Origin: Candidatus Sericytochromatia bacterium
GTDB taxonomy: Bacteria; Cyanobacteriota; Sericytochromatia; S15B-MN24; UBA4093
Assembly: GCA_036676985.1 (NCBI GenBank)
Contig: JAKFBU010000027.1
Coordinates: 32,001-96,000, forward strand
Direction of reading: 5' to 3'
DNA: 64,000 nt
Shown in pieces: positions 22,159-32,051 of this stretch. Within the stretch, counting starts at the first letter, position 1. Each line of letters opens with the position of its first letter. Both the position numbers and the translations under genes were made by a program. The notes beneath the pieces are model-generated. The model ran no database searches. It was given only the letters and a program-made list of their open reading frames with translations, and was not told where the DNA came from.

Positions 22159-24918
22159 ATGATGCGGACCGGGGTCACGACGGACCAGCTCGAGGGATGC
22201 TTCGAGCGGGACTTCCGATTCCTGCTGGACACGTTTCGCGGGTTGCTCGAGGGCCTCGGGGAGCCCCTCGTCCGCTACCTCCCGTGGCAGGGGCGCCCGC
22301 CCGACGTGGCGGACGTGACCTGGCTCCAGGACGCCGAGCGACTCATGCAGCTGCATTCCATCTCTTTCTCGCTGCTCAACCAGGCCGAGGACAGCGCGTC
22401 CGTCGAGGCGCGGCGCCAGCGCGAGGCGGTGGAGGGCATCGGCCAGGAGCCGGGCCTGTGGGGGCATGCCCTGAAACGCATGCTAGCGGCCGGGCTCGAA
22501 CCGGCCCGGATCGCCGATGAGCTCGCCCTGCTCTGGGTCGAGCCCGTGCTCACGGCGCACCCGACCGAGGCCAAGCGGGCCACCATCCTCGAGCACTACC
22601 GGGATCTCCATGGCCTCTTGATGGAGCGCATCCATCCCATGACGCCGCTCGAGGATCGCGACAACCGGGACCGGACCGGGCGCGTGCTCGAACGCATCTG
22701 GCGCACGGGCGATATCTTCCTGGAGAAGCCCGACGTGGCCTCGGAACTGAGGAACGTCCTCTACTACCTGCGGGAGGTCTTCCCGTCGGCCGCGGCCGTC
22801 ACGCGCCGACGGCTGCGGGTCGCCTGGGAGGAGGCGGGGCTCGATCCGGCGACCCTGCACGTCATGCCGCTCCTGTCCTTCGGGGACTGGGTCGGGGGCG
22901 ATCGTGACGGCCACCCGCTCGTGACCGCCGAGGTCACGCAGGGGACCCTGCACGAGCTGCGCCTCAACGCCCTTGTCGGGATCAACCGGCAGCTCAACGA
23001 TCTCGCCGAGCACCTGAGCCTCTCGGCTCGCCTGCAGGAGCCCCCTCCCCCCCTGGTCGCACGGATCGAGACCCTCAAAGAGCAGCTTGGAGCCAGAGGC
23101 CTCCAGGCCATCGAGCGCAACCCGGAGGAGCCGTGGCGCCAGCTCCTGAACCTCATGATCGCGCGGCTGCCCGTGGACGTGGCGCGCCGCCATGCGCTCA
23201 AGCTCAACGAGTTCGAGGGATCCTACCGTTTTGCCGACGAGCTGATGCTGGATCTGCGTCTCTTGCAACAGTCGCTGTGCGTGGTGGGGGCGTCACACCT
23301 CGGCGAGGCCGAGGTCCAGGACACCCTCGACTGGCTGCGGGCGACGGGGTTCCATCTGGCCGCCCTGGACATCCGCCAGAACAGTCGGTTTCACGACAAG
23401 GCCGTCGCCCAGCTCCTCTTGGCGGCCGGGCTCGACGGCACGGGTTACGCCGAGTGGCCGGAGGAGCGCCGTCTTGAGTTCCTGAACGCGGAGCTCCGCT
23501 TCATGCGCCCGTTTGCCCTGTCTTCCCGCTCCATCGGTCCCGAGGCCGACGCGGTGCTCGGCACCTATCGCGTGCTGGCCGCCCATGCCGACCGCTACGG
23601 CCGCGAGGGTCTGGGGGCGCTCATCGTGAGCATGACGCGCGGCCTCTCGGATCTGCTGGCGGTCTACCTGCTCGCCCGAGAGACGGACCTCGTGACCTCC
23701 GGCCCGGATGGCCTGGCCTGCAAGCTGCCCATCGTACCGCTCTTCGAGACCGTCGACGACCTGGAGCGAAGCGCCGGCATCATGGCCGCCTTCCTCGCCC
23801 ATCCCATGACGCGCCGCAGCATGGCCTACCAGGTCGGGACGGTCGGGCAGGATCGCCCCATGCAGCAGGTGATGGTCGGCTACAGCGACAGCACCAAGGA
23901 CGGCGGCATCCTGGCGGGACAGTGGCATCTGTATCACGCCCAGGAGGCCCTGACGGAGGTGGGACGCCAGGCGTCGGTGGTCATTCGCTTCTTCCACGGG
24001 CGAGGGGGGACCATCAGCCGTGGGGCCGGCCCCACCTATCGCTTCTTCGACGCCCTTCCGCCGGGATCCGTGCAGGGAGCCATCCGCATGACCGAGCAGG
24101 GCGAGACCATCGCCCAGAAGTACGGCAACCTTTCCCAGGCCGCTTACAACCTGGAGCTCCTCATGGCCAGCGCCGCCGAGGTCTCCTTCCTCAAGGAGCG
24201 ACCCGCAGCCCTCGAGCCAGACGTCGCATCGGTCATGGAGCGGCTGGCCGTCCTGAGCCGGGAGGCCTACGAGGCCTTGATCCGCGACCCCGGCTTCATG
24301 ACGTTCTACTCGCAGGCCACGCCCATCGACGCCATCGAGGAGAACCGGATCGGCTCGCGGCCGTCCCGGCGCACCGGGCTCCGGACGCTAGCGGACCTGC
24401 GGGCCATTCCCTGGGTGTTCAGCTGGTCCCAGTCGCGCTTCCACCTGCCGGGCTGGTTCGGGGTCGGCACCGCCCTCGAAACCTTGAAGCGAACGGACCC
24501 GGGGGTGTTCGAGACCCTGCGCACCCGGGGCATGCAGTGGCCGTTCCTCGCCTATGTCCTCACCAACGTCGAGACGAGCGTCAACACGGCGGACCTGCAG
24601 GTCATGCGGCAGTACGCGGCCCTGGTGGCGGACGCGGCGGTCCGCGAGCGCCTCATGGGCGTCATGGAGGCCGAGTACGAGCGGTGCCGCCGTCTCCTCC
24701 AGGAGCTGTTCGAGACGCCGTTCGCCGAGCGCCGCCCCCTGCTCCACCGCTCGTTCGAGCTGCGCGCGGAGCCCCTGCGCTTCCTGCACCGCCTTCAGAT
24801 CGAGCTGTTGCGCGAGTGGCGCGCCTTCGACCGGAAGGGCCCGGCGGAGGATGCCGCGCTGCGGCGGGTCATGATGTCCCTCAACGCGATCGCGAGCGGC
24901 CTGCGCTCAACGGGCTAG
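22159..24918 (+). CDS. ppc: phosphoenolpyruvate carboxylase
   Basis: VLTAHPTE, GGDRDGHP, MVGYSDSTKDGG, FHGRGGTISRG, LRAIPWVFSWSQSR, C-terminal GLRSTG. Confidence 0.96.
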   Translation: MMRTGVTTDQLEGCFERDFRFLLDTFRGLLEGLGEPLVRYLPWQGRPPDVADVTWLQDAERLMQLHSISFSLLNQAEDSASVEARRQREAVEGIGQEPGLWGHALKRMLAAGLEPARIADELALLWVEPVLTAHPTEAKRATILEHYRDLHGLLMERIHPMTPLEDRDNRDRTGRVLERIWRTGDIFLEKPDVASELRNVLYYLREVFPSAAAVTRRRLRVAWEEAGLDPATLHVMPLLSFGDWVGGDRDGHPLVTAEVTQGTLHELRLNALVGINRQLNDLAEHLSLSARLQEPPPPLVARIETLKEQLGARGLQAIERNPEEPWRQLLNLMIARLPVDVARRHALKLNEFEGSYRFADELMLDLRLLQQSLCVVGASHLGEAEVQDTLDWLRATGFHLAALDIRQNSRFHDKAVAQLLLAAGLDGTGYAEWPEERRLEFLNAELRFMRPFALSSRSIGPEADAVLGTYRVLAAHADRYGREGLGALIVSMTRGLSDLLAVYLLARETDLVTSGPDGLACKLPIVPLFETVDDLERSAGIMAAFLAHPMTRRSMAYQVGTVGQDRPMQQVMVGYSDSTKDGGILAGQWHLYHAQEALTEVGRQASVVIRFFHGRGGTISRGAGPTYRFFDALPPGSVQGAIRMTEQGETIAQKYGNLSQAAYNLELLMASAAEVSFLKERPAALEPDVASVMERLAVLSREAYEALIRDPGFMTFYSQATPIDAIEENRIGSRPSRRTGLRTLADLRAIPWVFSWSQSRFHLPGWFGVGTALETLKRTDPGVFETLRTRGMQWPFLAYVLTNVETSVNTADLQVMRQYAALVADAAVRERLMGVMEAEYERCRRLLQELFETPFAERRPLLHRSFELRAEPLRFLHRLQIELLREWRAFDRKGPAEDAALRRVMMSLNAIASGLRSTG

Positions 24919-24997
24919 CTGGCTCGCTTGACCGCCGTTCGGAAACGTGGGCTAATGTGCCTGCTTTCCACGGCTGCGCTTGTTCAAGGAGGTGTCC

Positions 24998-25393
24998 ATG
25001 AGCTTTCACACCAACATTCTGCAGGCCGCCCGCGACAACGGGTACTTCCGCAAGGAGCTCCACACGACGGAGCGATCGCAGGTGGTCGTCATGAGCATCG
25101 AGCCGGGCGACGACATCGGCGCCGAGGTCCACGACCTCGACCAGGTGCTGGTCTTCGTCGCGGGCACCGGCGAGTTCCAGGTGGGCGACCAGAAGGGCAA
25201 GGTCTCTCCCGGTGACGTGGTCGTCGTCCCCGCCCATGCGGAGCACAACTTCGTCAACACGGGCCGGGAGCCCATGAAGCTCTTCACCGTCTACGCGCCT
25301 CCCGAGCACGCCCCGGGGACGATCCACCGGACCAAGGCCGAGGCGGAAGCGGCCGAGGCAGAAGAGCACGGCCGAGAGCACGCTCGTCACTAG
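24998..25393 (+). CDS. cupin domain protein
   Basis: IGAEVH...DQ, PGDVVVVPAHAEHNFVNTG, KLFTVYAPPEH; AGGAGG RBS. Confidence 0.88.
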   Translation: MSFHTNILQAARDNGYFRKELHTTERSQVVVMSIEPGDDIGAEVHDLDQVLVFVAGTGEFQVGDQKGKVSPGDVVVVPAHAEHNFVNTGREPMKLFTVYAPPEHAPGTIHRTKAEAEAAEAEEHGREHARH

Positions 25394-26448
25394 CGCGCGC
25401 GTTCGCCCGACGTCACTCCTGTAGCGCCCTGTCGTCCGGCAGGGCGTTCGGGGTTTCGCAGCCAGGCGATGGTGTCGCGGAGCGTCTCGTCGGCCGGGCG
25501 AGCCCGGAAGCCCAGGTCCGGCTCGGCATACAGGGATCGCAGCCCCCAGTGGCGCGCGCCCATCTCGAGGACGACCGGGTCCGGTAGCAGGTGCAGGGCC
25601 CGCTTGCCGAGTGTCTGGTTGAGCATCGCGAGCGCCCACACGAGCCCGCTCGGCGCGTACCAGCGCGGCAGGGGCACCTCCCCGAGCCTGGCGACCATGC
25701 CGAAGAAGTCCGCGAGCGTGCTCTGGCAGCCCGGCGTGTGGTACACGGGCCGCGGCTGCGGGATCTCGAGGGCCCTGACGAGAGCCGGAGCGAGGTCCCG
25801 GATGTCCACGAAGTGCATGCCACCCCTCAGCAGGAAGGGGACGCGGCGCCGGAGGACCCGCGTGACGTTGCTCGTCGAGCGGGCGCGGTGGTCCCGGGGG
25901 CCCAGCACGACCGGCGGCCGGATGATCACGAGCTCCACGCCGAGTTCCCCGGCCAGTTTTCGTGCGGCCGCTTCGGCCTGAATCTTGGAGTGGTAGTAGG
26001 GCCAGTCTTTAACTAGCTCCGTGCAGTAAGGCGCTTCCTCGTCCGCCCGGCTCTCCTGCTCCTTGAAACAGCCGACGGTGCCCGAGGTCGAGACGAACAC
26101 CAGCCGGCACCGGTAGCGGGCCGCGAGCCGCACCATGGCGAGCGTGCCCTCGACGTTGGTGCGGATCATGGCCTCCGGCGACCGGCGGCTGTGCTGGACG
26201 ACGGCCGCCAGGTGCAGGATGCCGCCGAGCCCGTCGAGCAGGGGATCCGTGCCCCACCCGGACGTCTCGAGCAGGCCCCCTTCGATCGCGGGCACGGGAC
26301 CCAGGTCCTGCTGCCAGGACGTCGCTTCCCAGGTCGCGCGATCGCGCACCAGGGCGACGGGCTTCCACGAGGGCTCGCCCTGGAGCGCCTCCAGCACGTG
26401 GCGGCCGAGAAAGCCGCTCGCCCCCGTGATCAGCAGCGGCCGGCTCAC
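25390..26448 (-). CDS. extended SDR (NAD-dependent epimerase/DFR-like); candidate alkyl/acyl-DHAP reductase
   Basis: TGASGFLG, HLAA, YYHSK, IRPPVVLGP, FVDIRD; GTG start overlaps the upstream stop (GTGA). Confidence 0.85.
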   Translation of the reverse strand: MSRPLLITGASGFLGRHVLEALQGEPSWKPVALVRDRATWEATSWQQDLGPVPAIEGGLLETSGWGTDPLLDGLGGILHLAAVVQHSRRSPEAMIRTNVEGTLAMVRLAARYRCRLVFVSTSGTVGCFKEQESRADEEAPYCTELVKDWPYYHSKIQAEAAARKLAGELGVELVIIRPPVVLGPRDHRARSTSNVTRVLRRRVPFLLRGGMHFVDIRDLAPALVRALEIPQPRPVYHTPGCQSTLADFFGMVARLGEVPLPRWYAPSGLVWALAMLNQTLGKRALHLLPDPVVLEMGARHWGLRSLYAEPDLGFRARPADETLRDTIAWLRNPERPAGRQGATGVTSGERAR

Positions 26449-29117
26449 CGGACCACCTCGGCCACGGCCGGCGTCGCGACCCACTGGATCTCCTCGCCCG
26501 GCCAGCGACAAGCGTCGGCATGGGCCGGGAGCGCCCGGGCCTCGGGGCCCCAGGTGTAGGCGCCGCCCTCGAGGACGAGGATCCCGCGCTGGACCATGTC
26601 GTCGAGGGCCGCCTCCACCTCGGGCCGGAAGGCCGTCGGAAGGGCTGCGAGCACGTCCCGCACCCCGCAGCGCAGGTCCCGGTCCAGGAAGGCCCCCAGG
26701 TAGCGGGCCACCTCCGCGTGGTCCCGGCACACCGGCTCGAACAGGGCGCGCAGGAGCGCCCCCGGCACGGGCTCCGCGCCGGGTACCCGCGCCGCGTAGC
26801 CGTTTCGAGCCACGTGGCTGCGGATCACGGGATGCTCGGATAGCTGGCGAACGGCATCCGCGTAGAAGGCATGCTCCCACTGCTGGCGCAGGCTGCGCTC
26901 CTGCAACGGATCGGCCGCCTCCTTGAGGGGCAGGACGCTGTCGAGCACCGGGACCCCGCGTGCTCGGAGCAGGCGGGCCAGGTCGCGGACCTGCAGCCCC
27001 GTCTCCGGGTGTGCGGAGAGGAACGCCCGCAGATGATACTCCGTCGCCACCGACGCCGCCTGCAGCTCGCCCATGACCGCCCGGCTCAGGTCCGGTACGT
27101 CCGTCTCGGGCCCGAGCGTGAGGGGCCGGCCGCAGGCTACGTGGACCCGGCCAAGCCGCACGTGGCCGCGCCACAGGTGACCGAGCCACTGGAGCACGGG
27201 GCCCAGGCGGTGGGTCGTGTCGGAGCCCCCGCGCAGCTCGCGCAGGAACGCCGCCTCCTCGGGGATGCGGTCATAGCTGATCATGACGGGCAGGATGCGA
27301 CAGGGCTGCTGGGTGCCTTGCAGGGCCCGCAGGAGGCCGCGCCGGGGTGCCAGGAACCGGCGCGAGCGGCTGCGCGTTCCCTCGATGAAGAAGGTCAGGG
27401 CCTGACGCCGCGTCACCAGCTCACCCACGCGGCGCGTGAGCTCCGGGTCCTCGCGGCCCAGGCCGCGCTTGATGTAGAAGGCCTGAGCCCAGCGCAGCAG
27501 CTCCCCGAGGAGGGGGATGCGGGCGAAGTCCTCGGTGGCCGCGATGTGCGGCAGCGGGAGCTTGAGGTCGGGCCAGGTGAAGAAGAGGTAGGGGCTGATG
27601 AGGAAATCCGCGTAGCTCCGGTGGCTGGGCACGACGACGAGCAGCTCGTCGGGACTTGCCCCCTCCATGGCGGCCTGGAAGGAGGCCTTGTCGACGGTGA
27701 CCAGGTCGGTGCCGCGCCGGAAGGCCTTGCGCAGGAGGAAGCCGAGCACCCGGTGCGTCGCGTTCCCGTTCGGCTGCCTCAGCGCCCAGAGGAGGTCGCC
27801 GCCCGAGGCCTGGTGCTGCTTGCCGCCCATCGACACCTGGTCTTCGCCGCGGCGCAAGAGGTGCCGGTGGATGCCGCGGGCGATCGTCTCGAAGTAGGCC
27901 ACGGTGTCGAAGGTCGGATCGTGCCGGGTATCCGACGATCGGAAGTCGAAGGTGCGGTGCGTGAAGTACCGGAAGCCCCGATTCAGGTAGAGCAGCCCGC
28001 CGAGCAGACGCTTCAGGGCCCGGGCCTGCTTCTTCTGGCCGAAGAGGGTGGCCGCGGCGAGGGCCGTGCCCCATTTCAAGCGGTGGTGAACGAACTCCAG
28101 CACGTGCAGCCGTGCGTTCGCGGGGCCCACGTGCACGAAGCCCGCCCGCGGCCCCACCGGAAAGCGATCGAAGTAGGGGACGTGGACGTCGCAGATCTGG
28201 CGGATGGTGAGCGCGCGCGCGAGGCCCGCCACCGCGTAGCGGATCCGCACCTCGTCGGTGCTCGGCGCGTCGAAGGCCGCGTCGAGCACGCGCTCGGCGA
28301 CCTCGTCGCACGGCACGATGTCGAGCCGGACGTCAGGATCGACGCCCAGCACCCGGAGGTAGCCCATGCCATACAGGGCCACGAAGCCCGCAAAAGCCGC
28401 CTTGCTGTCGATCCAGCCTGCGAACGGGAAGCGTCGGCACGCCGAGATGATGCTCGGCCGCACGATGGTCAGGGGCACGTGGCCGTGCCGGGCGACCAGG
28501 AGGTGCTCGGCGATGCACTTGGTGAGCGTGTAGGTATTCGCATGGCCCGAGGCTGCGAGCATGGCGGTCTGGCTCGCCGTCCCGTCGAGGATGCTCCGGT
28601 AGGCGTCCTCGGCCGACAGGGGCAGGGGGGCGAGTTCTTCACCGAAGGCGCGCGTGCCTCCCGGATGGGGAGAGACATAGGCGGTCGAGACATCGACCAT
28701 GGCCCGCAGCTGAACGCAGCCCTTGGCGAACTCCAGGACGTTCAGGGCGCCCGTGATGTTGGATTCCGCCGCCTCGGGCAGCGGCAGGTCGAAGTCCACC
28801 GAGGCCGCGCAGTGGATGACCCGGTGCACGTTCTTCTGGAGAAGCTCGCGATCGCCCCCCGAGAGGGCGAGATCCGCGGCCGTCAGGTCGCCCGCCACGG
28901 GCCGGCACCATGTGGACCAGTCCTCGGGCAAGAGCCGAAAGCACTCGGAGGACACGATCTCCTGCTCGAAGCGCTCTTCCGGCGTGCGGCCGCGCTTGGG
29001 GCGGATGAGGACGTAGACGGTCCCGAGGCCCAGCTCCTCGCGCCGGCGCATCAGCTCGGCGAGGACGACCTTGCCGACGAAGCCCGTGCAACCCGTGACG
29101 AACAGGGTTTCCCCCAT
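26445..29117 (-). CDS. bifunctional fatty acyl-CoA reductase / DHAP(G3P) acyltransferase (FARAT-like fusion, about 890 aa)
   Basis: FAR half: TGCTGFVGK, IHCAASVDF, VSTAY, NTYTLTK, IVRPSII, PFAGWID. Acyltransferase half: PSHRSYADF (HX4D), AFYIKR, FFIEGTRSR, PVMISYDR. Confidence 0.9.
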   Translation of the reverse strand: MGETLFVTGCTGFVGKVVLAELMRRREELGLGTVYVLIRPKRGRTPEERFEQEIVSSECFRLLPEDWSTWCRPVAGDLTAADLALSGGDRELLQKNVHRVIHCAASVDFDLPLPEAAESNITGALNVLEFAKGCVQLRAMVDVSTAYVSPHPGGTRAFGEELAPLPLSAEDAYRSILDGTASQTAMLAASGHANTYTLTKCIAEHLLVARHGHVPLTIVRPSIISACRRFPFAGWIDSKAAFAGFVALYGMGYLRVLGVDPDVRLDIVPCDEVAERVLDAAFDAPSTDEVRIRYAVAGLARALTIRQICDVHVPYFDRFPVGPRAGFVHVGPANARLHVLEFVHHRLKWGTALAAATLFGQKKQARALKRLLGGLLYLNRGFRYFTHRTFDFRSSDTRHDPTFDTVAYFETIARGIHRHLLRRGEDQVSMGGKQHQASGGDLLWALRQPNGNATHRVLGFLLRKAFRRGTDLVTVDKASFQAAMEGASPDELLVVVPSHRSYADFLISPYLFFTWPDLKLPLPHIAATEDFARIPLLGELLRWAQAFYIKRGLGREDPELTRRVGELVTRRQALTFFIEGTRSRSRRFLAPRRGLLRALQGTQQPCRILPVMISYDRIPEEAAFLRELRGGSDTTHRLGPVLQWLGHLWRGHVRLGRVHVACGRPLTLGPETDVPDLSRAVMGELQAASVATEYHLRAFLSAHPETGLQVRDLARLLRARGVPVLDSVLPLKEAADPLQERSLRQQWEHAFYADAVRQLSEHPVIRSHVARNGYAARVPGAEPVPGALLRALFEPVCRDHAEVARYLGAFLDRDLRCGVRDVLAALPTAFRPEVEAALDDMVQRGILVLEGGAYTWGPEARALPAHADACRWPGEEIQWVATPAVAEVVR

Positions 29118-29121
29118 GGTC

Positions 29122-30936
29122 CTACACCGTTTCCTTCCCGGCGGCATGGAGGTTTCCGGCGCCGAACACGTTCTGCGGATCGAGGGCTTCCTTGGCGGCC
29201 TGGACGCCGCGCAGGGCCGCGGGCGACATGATGCGCGGCAGGAACTCCTGCCGGAGCTTGCCGACTCCGTGGTGATGGGACAGCGAGCCGCCGTTCGCGA
29301 GGACCTCCTCGCGGGCCGCCACCTCGATCGCGTGGTAGGTGCCGCTCGGGTCCTCGACGCCCTGGTAGCCGTAGGCGAAGTAGAAGTAGACGGCCGCCCC
29401 CGTGTCGTAGACCTGGGTGACCCGGCACGAGATGAAGGGCTTGCCGGGCAGGTGGCGGGCCGCATGCTCCTTGGCGATGCGCTGCTTGACGTTGGCGCAG
29501 AGGCCGGCGACCCGGCTCCAGGGCACGGACGTCTCGAAGGACTCGGCGAGGAACCAGTGGTTCATGACGAAGTCCCGGATGTAGGCGATGCCGTAGGTCA
29601 GCTGGTAGCCTCGCTTGCCGTTGTCGGGGCCGGCCTTCATGCCGCCATGGCGCTTGGCGAGCTCGTAGACGAGCGCCTCCTGCTGGGCGACCTCGGTCCG
29701 GGAGCCTTCGAACACGAGCGTGCAGGCGACCATGCGGTCCGGCTCGAAGCCGAGGACCTTGGTGACGAGCACCTTCTCGAGCTTGCTCTTGAGGGCCTTG
29801 AAACCCTTCGAGACGGGCTTGAGGGCGATACCGAACTGGAACTGCAGGTTGTCGACCAGGCGGACGCTGGCAGGGGCCCGGCCCGTCTGGGCGAGGTCGT
29901 ACATGAAGCGGGTGCCAGCCTCGAAGTCCTTGAAGAGCACCGAGCCGAACTTCTGGACCTCGGGCAGCGGAAACAGCTTCACGACCGCCGAGGTGATGAT
30001 CCCGAGGTTGCCTTCCGAGCCGAACCACCAGCGTCGGGGATCCAGCCCCGTCGACTCGCGGGGCAGGGCCGCATGCCGCTCGATCTTGCCGAGGGACGTG
30101 ACGGCCGTGAGGTCGAGGACCAGGTCCTCGATGTTCCCGTAGCGGTTCTTCTTCATCCCGCTCGCATGGGTCGAGATCCAGCCCCCCAGGGTCGAGAACT
30201 CGACGGAGTCGGGCTCGTGGCCCATGGTGAACCCGTACTCGGCCAGCTGCTGCATGATCGTCCGGCCCACCGCGCCTGCCTGGATGCAGGCCATGCGGTT
30301 GATGGGATCGATCCACAGGATGCGGTTCATGCGGCGCGTGTCGAGCGAGACGATGACGCGTTGCTCGTCCGCCGGGCAGCGGAGCGCCTCGGTGACGTTG
30401 GTGCCGCCCCCGAAGGGGATGATCGAGGCGCCGTGACGCTTGGCAGCCTCCACGACGGCCACCACCTGGTCCTCGTCGGTCGGGTACACGACGACGTCCG
30501 GCACGCGCGGCAGCCTGCCGTGCTTGATGGCGAACATGTCCGCCTGCGTGTGACCGTGACCGTGACGCAGGCGCACCTTGGGCTCCTGGCTGATCTGGTC
30601 CTCCGACAGCGCGCTCCGCAACTCGGCGAGCAGCCCGGGCGCGGCCTTGGGCTCGGGAATGGCCGGGGGGTAATGGGGCTCATGCCGATCGTCCGGCTCG
30701 ACCGGGAGCCCCACGACGCCCCGGAACCAGGGCAGGAGGTTGGGAAGCTCGTGGCCGCTGAGATCGGGGTAGCGCTCGCCCGTCACCTCCACGTGCCCGC
30801 GGGCGTTGACGCGAAAGGCCGTGTCCCGGAAGCCCCAGACGTCCAGGCTCTCCTCGTCCCGAGGCTCGGCGGGCGGCGGCGGCGGGTAAAGACGCCCTTG
30901 GTGCGAGGCGTCGGCGAGGTTGGTGGTCGAGTTCAT
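29122..30936 (-). CDS. agps: alkyl-dihydroxyacetonephosphate synthase (FAD-linked)
   Basis: GHEPDSVEFSTLGGW, ASGMKKNRYGNIED, APASVRLVDNLQFQFG, AYIRD, ESFETS, CRVTQVYD, YFYFAY, GGSLSHHHGVGKLR. Confidence 0.93.
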   Translation of the reverse strand: MNSTTNLADASHQGRLYPPPPPAEPRDEESLDVWGFRDTAFRVNARGHVEVTGERYPDLSGHELPNLLPWFRGVVGLPVEPDDRHEPHYPPAIPEPKAAPGLLAELRSALSEDQISQEPKVRLRHGHGHTQADMFAIKHGRLPRVPDVVVYPTDEDQVVAVVEAAKRHGASIIPFGGGTNVTEALRCPADEQRVIVSLDTRRMNRILWIDPINRMACIQAGAVGRTIMQQLAEYGFTMGHEPDSVEFSTLGGWISTHASGMKKNRYGNIEDLVLDLTAVTSLGKIERHAALPRESTGLDPRRWWFGSEGNLGIITSAVVKLFPLPEVQKFGSVLFKDFEAGTRFMYDLAQTGRAPASVRLVDNLQFQFGIALKPVSKGFKALKSKLEKVLVTKVLGFEPDRMVACTLVFEGSRTEVAQQEALVYELAKRHGGMKAGPDNGKRGYQLTYGIAYIRDFVMNHWFLAESFETSVPWSRVAGLCANVKQRIAKEHAARHLPGKPFISCRVTQVYDTGAAVYFYFAYGYQGVEDPSGTYHAIEVAAREEVLANGGSLSHHHGVGKLRQEFLPRIMSPAALRGVQAAKEALDPQNVFGAGNLHAAGKETV

Positions 30937-31000
30937 GGAGGTCCTGTCATGGCGGCCGCGCCGTGCGACGAGGTGGGCCGTCGTCGGCGGCTACCGAGCA

Positions 31001-31080
31001 AATTCTTAACTATGCGATAGCGAATAGATTAGACATTGTTAATATATACTGGAGTCTAAAAGGTTGCACGTCAACTGTTG
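31001..31080. promoter_or_regulatory. AT-rich divergent promoter region of the ether-lipid cluster
   Basis: Sharp AT-rich patch; TATACT at 31045-31050; inverted repeat TTAGAC(31029)-N19-GTCTAA(31059). Confidence 0.45.
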
Positions 31081-31100
31081 GGAAGGCCGGAGCACAAGAC

Positions 31101-32051
31101 ATGACTCTCCTGGGGATGCGCAGCGAACTGACGTCGAACGTGCTCTGGACCTTCCTGGGCATCCTCGTGCTGCACGTCGCCGTCACGCTGTCACCGACCG
31201 TGATTCGCCTGTTCCGCCCGGGGGGGGACTTCCGGGACTTCCACCGGAGGGCGCTCGGATGGTGGGTCGTCTCGGGATCGCTCGTGCTGGCCCTTGCGCT
31301 CGGCCCCTACGCCGCGCTCTTCTTCTTCGCCGCCGTCGGCTTGACGGCTTACCGCGAGCTGCTGGCGATCCAGCCCTTCGCCTTCAAGCGGGCCACCGTC
31401 CTCGTCGTCGCCGGTCTTATCGCGGTGCCCTACCTGATGATTCTCGCCCGACTGCCCGAGGCGGCGTCTTCCGGCGCCGCGGTCTGGTGCCTGCTCGCCA
31501 TTCCCCTCGTCGTGATGCTGCTCGAGCCGGGGGAGGGCTTCGCCCGCAAGGCCGGCGCCCTGTTGATGGCCTGGCTCGTGGCCGGCTACTGTCTGAGCCA
31601 GGTGCCCGCGCTCATGTGGCGAGCCGAGCCCCTGAATCCGGCGGGCGGCGGGGTGGGGCTCGTCATCTACATGGTCTTCCTCGCCCAGTTCAACGACTTT
31701 GCCCAGTACGTCTGGGGCAAGGTGGCGGGTCGCACGCCGATCGTGCCGGCGCTCAGCCCCAAGAAGACCTGGGCCGGGTTCCTGGGGGGGCTCCTGTCCA
31801 CCGCGGGCCTGGCCTGGCTTCTGGCCCCGGTGCTGACGCCCGTGCCGCGCGAGGTGGCCCCGCTCATGGGCATCGTCGTGGCAGCTGCGGGCTTCCTCGG
31901 GGACATCACGGTCTCGGCGATCAAGCGGGACGCAGGGGTCAAGGACGCCGGCAAGCTCCTGCCCGGCTTCGGCGGGGTCATGGACCGCGTTGACAGCCTC
32001 GTCTACGTGGCTCCCGGCTTCGGCCTCCTGCTGCGCTGGGTGTGCCCATGA
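31101..32051 (+). CDS. phosphatidate cytidylyltransferase (CdsA/YnbB-like)
   Basis: NDFAQYVWGK, SPKKTWAGFLGG, GDITVSAIKRDAGVKDAGKLLPGFGGVMDRVDS. Confidence 0.92.
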   Translation: MTLLGMRSELTSNVLWTFLGILVLHVAVTLSPTVIRLFRPGGDFRDFHRRALGWWVVSGSLVLALALGPYAALFFFAAVGLTAYRELLAIQPFAFKRATVLVVAGLIAVPYLMILARLPEAASSGAAVWCLLAIPLVVMLLEPGEGFARKAGALLMAWLVAGYCLSQVPALMWRAEPLNPAGGGVGLVIYMVFLAQFNDFAQYVWGKVAGRTPIVPALSPKKTWAGFLGGLLSTAGLAWLLAPVLTPVPREVAPLMGIVVAAAGFLGDITVSAIKRDAGVKDAGKLLPGFGGVMDRVDSLVYVAPGFGLLLRWVCP

